64,000 nucleotides of DNA, taken from Acidobacteriota bacterium (GTDB lineage Bacteria > Acidobacteriota > Thermoanaerobaculia > Multivoradales > Multivoraceae). A program made the position numbers and the translations under genes. Shown piece by piece: positions 1-7,762 of this stretch. The number at the start of each line of letters is the position of its first letter. Within the stretch, counting starts at the first letter, position 1. Where the stretch lies: positions 5,000 to 68,999 of the forward strand of contig JBCCLJ010000006.1 of NCBI GenBank assembly GCA_039026915.1, given 5' to 3'. The notes under the pieces are model-generated. The model worked only from the letters and a program-made list of their open reading frames with translations, was not told the origin of the DNA and did no database searches.

Positions 1-65
1 CGAAAACTGTCAACTCTCCTCGACGGCCGGCAACGCATTGACTCACCGCCGAGGACGAGTCCGCA

Positions 66-1826
66 TCAGACGCTATCGGCGAACGGTCGCAGCTGCTCGG
101 CGCGCCTCGGATGACGCAGCTTGCGCAGAGCCTTCGACTCGATCTGGCGAATGCGCTCGCGCGTGACGTTGAACGACTTGCCGACCTCCTCGAGGGTGTG
201 CTCCGTACCTTCGCCGACGCCGAAGCGCATGCGCAGGACGAGCTCCTCGCGCGGGGTCAGACTGCCGAGGACTTCGCCGGTCTGCTCCTTGAGGCTGGCG
301 CCGATCACCGAGTCCATCGGCGACTGCGCGTTCTTGTCCTCGATGAAGTCACCGAGATGCGAGTCTTCCTCTTCGCCGATCGGCGTCTCGAGGGAGATGG
401 GCTCCTGCGCGATCTTCATGATCTTGCGCACCTTGGAGGTTTCCAGGTCCATGCGCTCGCCAATTTCCGCAGCCGTCGGCTCACGACCCAGCTCCTGCAC
501 CAGCGAACGGCTCGTGCGGGTCAGCTTGTTGATCGTCTCGATCATGTGCACGGGGATGCGAATCGTGCGCGCCTGATCGGCAATCGCACGGGTGATCGCC
601 TGACGGATCCACCAGGTGGCGTACGTCGAGAACTTGTAGCCGCGGCGGTACTCGAACTTCTCGACGGCCTTCATCAGGCCGATGTTGCCTTCCTGAATCA
701 GGTCCAGGAACTGAAGACCTCGGTTCGTGTACTTCTTGGCGATCGAGACGACGAGTCGCAGGTTCGCGACGATCAACTCTTCCTTCGCCTGCTCGCAGAA
801 AGCCTCGCCGCGACGGATCTTCTTGATCGTCGCCGACACCTGTGCGCGCGTCGTGCCGTAGCGCTCCTCGATGTCCTTGAGCTTGCCCCGGTACTTCGAA
901 ATGCGGCGACGGTGCAGCGCCTGGAGCTCCTTGTTCTTCTCGCGATCGAGTGCGAGTCGAGCACGGCGAATGTCGCGGTCGTAGCGACCGAGCTCGCGGT
1001 CGATCTCCTTGAGGAAGTCGACCATACGGTTGCGCGTCTGCAGGTTCACGTCGATCGAACGAATGTCCTTCGCGATCTTGCCGAGCTCGCGATCGATCTC
1101 GCGCTCGATCTGCAGGAAGCGATCCCCCTGCGGGCTGTAGCGCTTCTGCTTCTTGAGCAGCTTCTGCAGAGCCTTGTCGTGCCGGGCGATGCGATCGAAG
1201 ATCTTGAGGTTGTTCTTGACGCGCTCGGCCGCCTTGGCGTCGAGGCGCTGATCACTGCCCTCGGTGAGTAGCTCGCGCATGATGCGCGGGTCGCGCTGCG
1301 CCAGCTCGTTGAGGCGCAGAAGTTCTTTGAGCACGACCGAGTTGTCGCAGAGCGCCTCGTAGATCATCCACTCGCCGCGCTCGAGGCGCTGCGCGATCTC
1401 CACCTCGCCGTCGCGGTCGAGCAGAGGCACGGTCCCCATTTCGCGCAGGTACATGCGCACGGGATCGTTCGTCTTGTCCTGCTGGGCGAGTTGGAACTCG
1501 TTCGGCTCGGCGTCCTTCTTCTCGAAGGTCTCGGTCGGCTCTTCGGTGTCGCTCCGATTGCAGTGGCGCTCGGGACGGAGGATGACTCCGATCTCGAGCT
1601 CCACGAAGCGGTCGAGGATCTCGCCGAGATCTTCGTCCTGCGCCACCACTTCGTCGGGTAGCTGGTCCATGACCTCGTCGTGCAGCAGGTAACCCTTCTC
1701 TCGGCCCTGCTCGACGAGTTGCCGAACGGATGTGTAGCGCTTCTCGGCCGGAGCCGGAGCCTGCTTCGTCGCTGTGGATGCCTTAGTCAATGCAGCCTGC
1801 CCTCCACCATCGAGAATTGATCGCAC
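66..1826 (-). CDS. rpoD: RNA polymerase primary sigma factor (sigma-70, RpoD)
   Basis: 586-aa ORF. Region 2 '[54 protein letters not shown]'. Region 4.2 '[30 protein letters not shown]'. Lies downstream of dnaG as in the MMS operon. Confidence 0.97.
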   Translation of the reverse strand: MRSILDGGGQAALTKASTATKQAPAPAEKRYTSVRQLVEQGREKGYLLHDEVMDQLPDEVVAQDEDLGEILDRFVELEIGVILRPERHCNRSDTEEPTETFEKKDAEPNEFQLAQQDKTNDPVRMYLREMGTVPLLDRDGEVEIAQRLERGEWMIYEALCDNSVVLKELLRLNELAQRDPRIMRELLTEGSDQRLDAKAAERVKNNLKIFDRIARHDKALQKLLKKQKRYSPQGDRFLQIEREIDRELGKIAKDIRSIDVNLQTRNRMVDFLKEIDRELGRYDRDIRRARLALDREKNKELQALHRRRISKYRGKLKDIEERYGTTRAQVSATIKKIRRGEAFCEQAKEELIVANLRLVVSIAKKYTNRGLQFLDLIQEGNIGLMKAVEKFEYRRGYKFSTYATWWIRQAITRAIADQARTIRIPVHMIETINKLTRTSRSLVQELGREPTAAEIGERMDLETSKVRKIMKIAQEPISLETPIGEEEDSHLGDFIEDKNAQSPMDSVIGASLKEQTGEVLGSLTPREELVLRMRFGVGEGTEHTLEEVGKSFNVTRERIRQIESKALRKLRHPRRAEQLRPFADSV

Positions 1827-1891
1827 ACTCTTCAGACGCCCGACGGGGGGTTCGGGTCACACTCGAAGAGTCGAAATCTTCAAAGTCGCTG

Positions 1892-3628
1892 TCAGCCTCG
1901 GGAGAGGCCGTGAACAGCTCGCGACAGCTCGGACTTCTCCACGAGGAGTCGTTCGAGCCTCTCCATGTCGCCGGCCTCCTCCGCAGCGGCGAGCTCCCTC
2001 GCCACAGTCCGTAGACGCTGCTTCTTCGACCGAAGAGTGAGCTCGTTGAAGCTTTCGACCAACTCTCCTTCATTGAAATCAGTTGCGTCTTCTAGCAAAA
2101 GCGCGGCGAGACGGTCAACAGACCCGCTGCCCACTTCGAGCCTCTCCAGAACCGCCTTGGAGCCCGCATCTTCAATGGATTCAAAAACTTCCGAGCAGGA
2201 GAGGATGGCGCGATAGATCTGTCGACATTCTTCGTCGAAAAAGAGCTCTTCGGCCGGCAGCGGTTCCGGCGGCGAGGCCCCCCGAAGCAGCAGTTGGAGG
2301 ACGCGCTCTTCGAGACTCTTCACTTGCCGCGCCTGACGCGGCGCGCGACGACGCTGCCGGCCGGGGTCCTCCGCCTCGAGCAGCAGCTCGACCGGAACGT
2401 CGAGCCGGTCGGCCGCGCGACGTCCGTAGGCGTAGCGCAGCACCCGGTCGCGAATCGGCGACAGGAGCTCACGCACCGCCTGGCTCGCGCGTGCCACCTC
2501 CTGAGGGGAGCGTGCTCCCGCACACGCGGAGCGTAGCTCGATCTCAACGAGGTCCTCTGCGCCTTCCAGGGTGTCGGCGACGGTCTCCGGCCCGTGATCG
2601 CAGCGCAGTGAATCCGGGTCCTGTCCCGCCGGAAACCGCGCCCGCCGGACGTCGAGGCCGGCCGCCAGAAGGAGAGGCAGGGACTTCCTCGCCGCCTCCT
2701 CGCCGGCACGGTCTCCGTCGTAGGCGACGATCACCGCGTCGGCATAGCGAGCCATCAGCTTGACCTGCTGCTGCGTCAGCGCCGTGCCCATCGACGCCAC
2801 GACGTTCGGGTATCCGCACAGTGCCACGGCGATGGCGTCGAAGTAGCCCTCTGTGAGAACGACGAGACCGCGCTCGCGAATGTGCCGCCGGGCGTGATGA
2901 AGACCATAGAGGATGAAGCTCTTCTGAAAGCGCTCCGTCTCGGCGGTGTTGATGTACTTCGCCCGATCGTCGCCGAGGGTCCGTCCACCGAAGCCCAGCA
3001 GCTGTCCCGTGGCGCTGCGGATGGGGAACATCAACCGATGGCGGAAGCGGTCGTAGAGACGATCGCCACCGCTGCGCGGCCGAGCGACGAGACCGGCCCG
3101 CTCCATGTCCTTCGGTTTCACCCGGCGACCGACGGCATCGAGCAGTCCCTGCCAGGCGTCCGGCGCGTAGCCGATCTCGAAGGTCTCGATCGCCTCCTGC
3201 GGGATCTTGCGACGCTTCAGGTACTCGAGCACCTCGGGCGAGCGGCGCAGCTGGTCGGTGAAGAAGCCGGCCGCGGCATCGAGGGCGTCGCTGGGACCGG
3301 AGTCGTACGGGACGTCGCTGGCGCTCGCCTCGGGAATCGGTACACCGTAACGACGGGCCAGGAACTCCATCGTGCCGGCAAAGTCGTCACCGGTGAGCTC
3401 CTGGTGGAACTTGATCGCGTCGCCACCTGCGCCGCAGCCGAAGCAGTAGTACAGCCCCTGCTCGGCGTCGATCGAGAACGACGGCGTCTTCTCCTGGTGA
3501 AAGGGGCAGAGCCCCACCCACCGACCGCCGCGCTCCGTGAGCTCGGTGTACTGACTCACCAGATCGACGGGATCCAGCGCATCGCGCACCGCCTGGACGA
3601 ATGCCGGGTCGAGCCGAATGCGGCTCAT
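1892..3628 (-). CDS. dnaG: DNA primase
   Basis: 578-aa ORF. CHC2 zinc finger 'CPFHQEKTPSFSIDAEQGLYYCFGCGAGGDAIKF'. TOPRIM motifs 'VVLTEGYFDAIA' and 'VAYDGDRAGEEAA'. Confidence 0.95.
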   Translation of the reverse strand: MSRIRLDPAFVQAVRDALDPVDLVSQYTELTERGGRWVGLCPFHQEKTPSFSIDAEQGLYYCFGCGAGGDAIKFHQELTGDDFAGTMEFLARRYGVPIPEASASDVPYDSGPSDALDAAAGFFTDQLRRSPEVLEYLKRRKIPQEAIETFEIGYAPDAWQGLLDAVGRRVKPKDMERAGLVARPRSGGDRLYDRFRHRLMFPIRSATGQLLGFGGRTLGDDRAKYINTAETERFQKSFILYGLHHARRHIRERGLVVLTEGYFDAIAVALCGYPNVVASMGTALTQQQVKLMARYADAVIVAYDGDRAGEEAARKSLPLLLAAGLDVRRARFPAGQDPDSLRCDHGPETVADTLEGAEDLVEIELRSACAGARSPQEVARASQAVRELLSPIRDRVLRYAYGRRAADRLDVPVELLLEAEDPGRQRRRAPRQARQVKSLEERVLQLLLRGASPPEPLPAEELFFDEECRQIYRAILSCSEVFESIEDAGSKAVLERLEVGSGSVDRLAALLLEDATDFNEGELVESFNELTLRSKKQRLRTVARELAAAEEAGDMERLERLLVEKSELSRAVHGLSRG

Positions 3629-3657
3629 TGCTCGCTCCCTCGCAGCGTCGCCGCCAC

Positions 3658-6105
3658 TCAGGCGCCCCGCAGTTTGGCGACGGTGGCTCCGTTGCCGCCC
3701 TCCCCAGCTTCGCCCGAGCGCATCTCGGCGACGGAAGGGTGGCGCTTCAGAAAGTCTCGCACGGCGTCTCGCAATCTACCGGAGCCGTGGCCGTGCACGA
3801 CGCGAAATGTGTGCAGCCCGCCCAGAACGGCTTGGTCGACATAGGCATCGAGACGGTCGAGCGCGGGCTCGACGCGCTCGCCGATGAGGTTGATCTCCGA
3901 AAGGGCGGTCGAGGAGCGCAGCTGCGTCGAGACCTTCGGCTTGCGCCGTTTCGGCAGAGCCTTGGCGCTCGCGACGAGCTTCTCGATCTCACCGAGCTTG
4001 CAGCGCAGCTTCTTGCCTCCTGCCGCGACGACGACGCGATCGCCCTCGACGCTCTCCAGGCGGCCCTTCCAGCCGAGGAGCTTGTGGCGCACGTCGTCAC
4101 CGACCGCGGGCGGAGCTTTGGAGACCGCAGCCGCCGGTTCGGGCAGCTGCGGAGTGGAGACTTCCTCGAAGACGCGCTTGACGGCGCGACGCGACACGTC
4201 TTTGCGCCGGCCGGCATCGAGCTCCCTGCGCATGCGCTGCTCGGCCTCTTCGAGCTGGCCGCGCACCTCGACCCGGAACTCCTCGAGACTCTTCTCGGCG
4301 ACCGAGCGCACCTTCCGTCGCTCGCTCTCGAGCTGCTCGAGCCGCTCGTCGATCTCCAGCGCGCGCGTCGCCGCCTGCTCTTGACTCTCGAGCAGCGCAG
4401 CGCGTCCCTCCTCGAGCTCTCGCTTGAGGGCTTCGGTCTCGGCGATCAGCGAGCGCAGTTTGCGGTGCTCGGACCCGAGCAGCTCGTCGGCGCGAGCCAG
4501 CAGCCGGGACGGGAGCTCGAGTCGCTGAGCGAGCTCCAGGGCGTGACTGCCGCCCGCCGCCTCGGCGCTCAGCCGATAGGTTGGCAGTCCGCGCTCGGCG
4601 TCGAACTCCATCGCCATGGCCAGTGCGCCGTCGAGCTCCGTCGCGAGAGCGGCCACCTGCACGAGATGAGTCGTCAGCAGGGCCAGGCAGTCGCGCTCCA
4701 GAAGCTCCTCTAGCAGGGCGCAGGCGAGCGCCGCACCTTCTTCGGGATTCGTGCCCGACCCGACCTCGTCGAGAAGGATCAGCGCACCGGGTCCGGCGAC
4801 GTCGAGAGCTTCCTTGATGCCGAGCAGCTGAGCGCTGAAGGTCGAGCGCCCTTCCAGCAGACTCTGCTCGTCGCCCACCTCGGCGACCAGATGACGCAGG
4901 GCGGGCAGAACGGTACCGTCCTCCGCAGGCACCGGCAGACCGGCGTGCGCGAGGGCCACGAAGAGTCCCAGCGTCTTGAGCGCCACCGTCTTGCCGCCGG
5001 CGTTCGGACCCGTGACGACGAGCACGTTCTCCGCGAGCTCGAGGTCGAGAGGCACGAGCCGATCGATTTGGACCCGGGTGCCGAGAGCGGACTCCCGCAG
5101 CTCCGCCAGGGCCGGCTCGAGCAGAGGATGGCGAGCCCCGAAGAGGCGTACCGACTCCCCCTGCAGCAGTGGGAAGACCGCGCGCGCCCGGGCGGCGAAG
5201 TAGGCGGTCGCCTGGAGGCTGTCGACGTAGGCGAGGAGTCGCCCCCGACGCACGAGCGCCGGCGCTCGCTCGCGCACCGCGCGCTCGAGCTCGCGCAGGA
5301 GACGGAGCCGCTCGGCCTCTTCCTCGGCGGTGGCCGCCTGCAGGCCGTTGTTCGCCTCGACGACCTCGAGCGGCTCGAAGTAGTAACTCTTGCCGGTACC
5401 GGAACGACCGTGGATCAAGCCCTGGAGGCGCCCGCGGCTTCCGGAAGAGAGCAGGACCGACAGCCGCCCGTCGCGCACCGTGACCGTGTCTTCTGCGAGG
5501 TTGTCAGCGTTGTTCCGGGTGTAGCTGGAGAGCGATTCGTAGAGCTCGTCGCGGTGACTGCGCACCTGCCGGCGCAGCTGACCGAGCTTCGGCGACGCGT
5601 CGTCGCGGACTCGTCCCTTGACATCCAGAGTGCGGCGAATGCGCAGCGCCAGCGCGGCGACCGTCGGCAGGTCCTCCTCGCTCTCTTCTTCCTCGGTCTC
5701 CTGCTGCGTCAGGCGACGCGCCGCGGCGGCCAGCACTTCGCTCTCGCCCAGGCGCTCGAGGAGCTGCTCGCTGGCTGTGACGAGGCGCGCGGCGAGCAGC
5801 ACCTCGGAGACCTCGAGATCGGCGCGCTCGTCGTCGAGACGATCGAGCAGCGGGCCGAGAGGCGTCTCCCACGAAGGCACGAGCGCCCCTCCCCGAGCGA
5901 CGAGATCGGCGGCCGCCAGGCTGTCCCGACGCCGCTCCTCGGCGTCGCCACCGGGTCGCAGCGACAGCAGCGTCTCGCGCCCGACGTCGGTCGACGCGAG
6001 GGCAGCACACACGGCGAGCGTCTCGAAGTACTGGAGAGCTTCCAGACTCGAGTCGCTGGCGAAGACCGCTCGGGCAGCGGCGGATGTGTGTCTACGCGTC
6101 TGCAT
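3658..6105 (-). CDS. mutS2: Endonuclease MutS2 (MutS family ATPase with C-terminal Smr domain)
   Basis: Walker A 'VTGPNAGGKTVALKT' and 'LLDEVGSGTNPEEG'. C-terminal Smr 'RVVHGHGSGRLRDAVRDFLKRHPSV'. The listed ORF runs to 6345. I place the start at ATG 6105 ('MQTRRHTS...LEALQYFETL') because the upstream extension would cross the rpsU terminator and has no MutS2-like sequence. A GGAG lies just upstream of that ATG. Confidence 0.88.
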   Translation of the reverse strand: MQTRRHTSAAARAVFASDSSLEALQYFETLAVCAALASTDVGRETLLSLRPGGDAEERRRDSLAAADLVARGGALVPSWETPLGPLLDRLDDERADLEVSEVLLAARLVTASEQLLERLGESEVLAAAARRLTQQETEEEESEEDLPTVAALALRIRRTLDVKGRVRDDASPKLGQLRRQVRSHRDELYESLSSYTRNNADNLAEDTVTVRDGRLSVLLSSGSRGRLQGLIHGRSGTGKSYYFEPLEVVEANNGLQAATAEEEAERLRLLRELERAVRERAPALVRRGRLLAYVDSLQATAYFAARARAVFPLLQGESVRLFGARHPLLEPALAELRESALGTRVQIDRLVPLDLELAENVLVVTGPNAGGKTVALKTLGLFVALAHAGLPVPAEDGTVLPALRHLVAEVGDEQSLLEGRSTFSAQLLGIKEALDVAGPGALILLDEVGSGTNPEEGAALACALLEELLERDCLALLTTHLVQVAALATELDGALAMAMEFDAERGLPTYRLSAEAAGGSHALELAQRLELPSRLLARADELLGSEHRKLRSLIAETEALKRELEEGRAALLESQEQAATRALEIDERLEQLESERRKVRSVAEKSLEEFRVEVRGQLEEAEQRMRRELDAGRRKDVSRRAVKRVFEEVSTPQLPEPAAAVSKAPPAVGDDVRHKLLGWKGRLESVEGDRVVVAAGGKKLRCKLGEIEKLVASAKALPKRRKPKVSTQLRSSTALSEINLIGERVEPALDRLDAYVDQAVLGGLHTFRVVHGHGSGRLRDAVRDFLKRHPSVAEMRSGEAGEGGNGATVAKLRGA

Positions 6106-6126
6106 GGACGGACTCCACAGGGGAAA

Positions 6127-6155
6127 CGAAAAAACGGGAGTGGCAAGCCACTCCC
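6127..6155 (-). terminator. Rho-independent terminator/attenuator between rpsU and mutS2
   Basis: Minus strand reads GGGAGTGG-CTTG-CCACTCCC (8-bp GC-rich stem at 6136-6143/6148-6155, tetraloop). It is followed directly by GTTTTTTCG (plus-strand A-tract 6128-6135). It lies 46 nt after the rpsU stop. Confidence 0.7.
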
Positions 6156-6200
6156 GTCCTTCGGGCGAACCGTAGGGATCGCCGTTCGCTGAAGCCGCGC

Positions 6201-6410
6201 TCAGCGCAGGCCCAGGCGACGCTCTTCGGCGAGCTTGCGCAACATCTTCTTGCGCGCCTGCAGCTCTTTGCGCTTGCGCTTGACCGAGGGCTTCTCGAAG
6301 TGCTGTCGCTTCTTCAGCTCGGTGAGAATGCCTTCTTTCTCGCACTTGCGCTTGAAGCGACGCAGTGCGTTCTCGAAGTTCTCCTCATCTCGTACTTGAA
6401 CCAGGGGCAT
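6201..6410 (-). CDS. rpsU: 30S ribosomal protein S21
   Basis: 69-aa basic ORF 'MPLVQVRDEENFENALRRFKRKCEKEGILTELKKRQHFEKPSVKRKRK'. Strong SD AAGAGGTGA upstream of the ATG. Confidence 0.95.
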   Translation of the reverse strand: MPLVQVRDEENFENALRRFKRKCEKEGILTELKKRQHFEKPSVKRKRKELQARKKMLRKLAEERRLGLR

Positions 6411-6716
6411 GTCTAGGAATCACCTCTTTCTGGACGGAACTTGCCCTTGAGATTTGGGTCTGGAGAGGACGCCGTCCGCTCCGAACCCGCAGCGCTACAT
6501 CTTGTGACGACATCGCTCGACCGTCAAGGTCTCAGGCGGTTGGGGCGAGCATGGACTCGCCATCAACCGACTTCGCCGGGGCGGACGGTCGTCTGCATCG
6601 AGGCTCGAGGGCGTGCGTCCACTCGACGCCGCCTCCGAGCACCGGAAGCCCGAGCGCCCGGTGCGGGGGTCGACCCACCGAGGAGCACCCCGGCAGATCG
6701 ACCGTTTCGAGGCTCT

Positions 6717-7478
6717 CTAGCTCTTCACTTCCCACTGCAGCTGCGAGACCTTCATCTCGCCGCCGCTCTCGCGGAAGAAAATGGCGGACGGGCCACCCGC
6801 GTCCTCGCCCTCGTCGTCCTTCTGGTAGAACCAGCCGACCGAGTTCTGCTCGGGATAGTCGCGGATGTTGCGGTGGAACGGAATGCCCACGGTGTCGCGG
6901 ACTTCCTGCTCCGTCATGCCCTTCTTGAGGGCGTCGAAGCGGGCCCGGTTGATGTAACGCCAGTCACTGAACTCGTCCATCGCCGCCTGCAGGTCGGCGT
7001 TCTCCGGGTCGAACTGCAGCTGCTGCTCGACGATCTGGATCGCACGACGGTAGTCGCCGCCGCGAGCGATGTAGTCGCGAGCGAGCAGAATGTCCTCGCC
7101 GCTCTTCATGCTGATCGCGGCCTTGAACTCCTCGGTCTCGGTGGCGTCCTGATCGACGCCCGAGTTGATGAATTGCACGACGGTGTTCGAGAAGTCATCG
7201 GCGGCCGAGTTGACGTCGTCCAGCTTGCCGCTGAGCTCGGTCTCCAGAGCCGCGAAGCCGTCCTCGTCGAGCTCGAGTGCCTCGGCGCCCTGAGCGATCT
7301 TCTCTTCGATCGCGGTCGCTTCGGCCCGCAGAGCCGCCAACGCGTCACGCTGCTCCTGCAATGCGGTGTACTCGTCCGCACGTGCCTGAGCTTGAATTTC
7401 TTCCTCGCTGGGGCCACAGGCCACCACCGTTCCCAACAACAGAGTCAGTCCGGCCAGGGCCGGAAGCACCTTGCGCAT
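6717..7478 (-). CDS. Lipoprotein with coiled-coil region and C-terminal SmpA/OmlA (BamE)-like domain
   Basis: Internal ATG at 7478 preceded by AAGGAG. The signal peptide plus lipobox 'MRKVLPALAGLTLLLGTVVAC|G' only appears from this start. C-terminus 'MTEQEVRDTVGIPFHRNIRDYPEQNSVGWFY' resembles BamE-type domains. The listed ORF (to 7895) has an implausible Arg/Pro-rich extension. Confidence 0.75.
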   Translation of the reverse strand: MRKVLPALAGLTLLLGTVVACGPSEEEIQAQARADEYTALQEQRDALAALRAEATAIEEKIAQGAEALELDEDGFAALETELSGKLDDVNSAADDFSNTVVQFINSGVDQDATETEEFKAAISMKSGEDILLARDYIARGGDYRRAIQIVEQQLQFDPENADLQAAMDEFSDWRYINRARFDALKKGMTEQEVRDTVGIPFHRNIRDYPEQNSVGWFYQKDDEGEDAGGPSAIFFRESGGEMKVSQLQWEVKS

Positions 7479-7656
7479 ACAAAGCTCCTTCGGTCGTCTT
7501 TCGATTCGAAGCATCGCGGTCTTCGGACCGCGGCGATATTGAGGCTGCAAACGCGCAGTATAGCACCGCTCGGCAGCCTCCGCTGGGGGTCCGGATGCTC
7601 CCTCGTCACTGGCCCTAAACGCCTCATCCTGCGTGGTTTGGGCAGCTCCCCTCAGC

Positions 7657-7685
7657 TTGACAGTGGTTTCCCACGACCGCACAAT
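7657..7685 (+). promoter_or_regulatory. Sigma-70-like promoter candidate for the 7763 gene
   Basis: Perfect -35 TTGACA (7657-7662), 17-nt spacer, -10 CACAAT (7680-7685). Sequence match only. Confidence 0.4.
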
Positions 7686-7689
7686 AGTC

Positions 7690-7724
7690 AGCTCGGGTGA
7701 GAGTCCTCGCCCGAGCTCTGTTTT
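7690..7724 (+). promoter_or_regulatory. Strong 5'-leader stem-loop with downstream T-tract (attenuator/terminator-like)
   Basis: AGCTCGGGTGAG-AGTC-CTCGCCCGAGCT: 12-bp stem (one G-U) at 7690-7701/7706-7717, tetraloop, then CTGTTTTCG (7718-7726). It lies between the candidate promoter and the RBS GGAGGA (7751-7756). Confidence 0.45.
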
Positions 7725-7762
7725 CGCCGCGGCAACGCCCGTGGCTCTTGGGAGGACGCGTG

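Noticed and set aside
1-65. Possible terminator hairpin downstream of rpoD (also 13881..13904 between FKBP and pepF, and 53650..53670 after recF)
   Set aside because: The stems are only 5-6 bp with mismatches or large loops and have no adjacent T-tract. This is not strong enough to annotate.
111-6192. Series of plus-strand ORFs (111..1271, 2882..3844, 3601..4713, 4891..6192)
   Set aside because: All are antisense to rpoD, dnaG or mutS2 and have low-complexity translations.
3658-6345. N-terminal extensions of listed ORFs: 3658..6345, 6717..7895, 10357..11553, 13905..15872, 15826..16419, 37590..39224, 39233..40873, 43988..45367, 51072..53606, 56305..57660
   Set aside because: In each case the extension overlaps the upstream gene or a terminator and lacks family-typical sequence. 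An internal start with an SD or a start/stop overlap gives the canonical N-terminus, so I trimmed the coordinates accordingly.
6441-7700. 419-aa plus-strand ORF
   Set aside because: Antisense to the lipoprotein gene, and it runs through two intergenic regions. No motifs.
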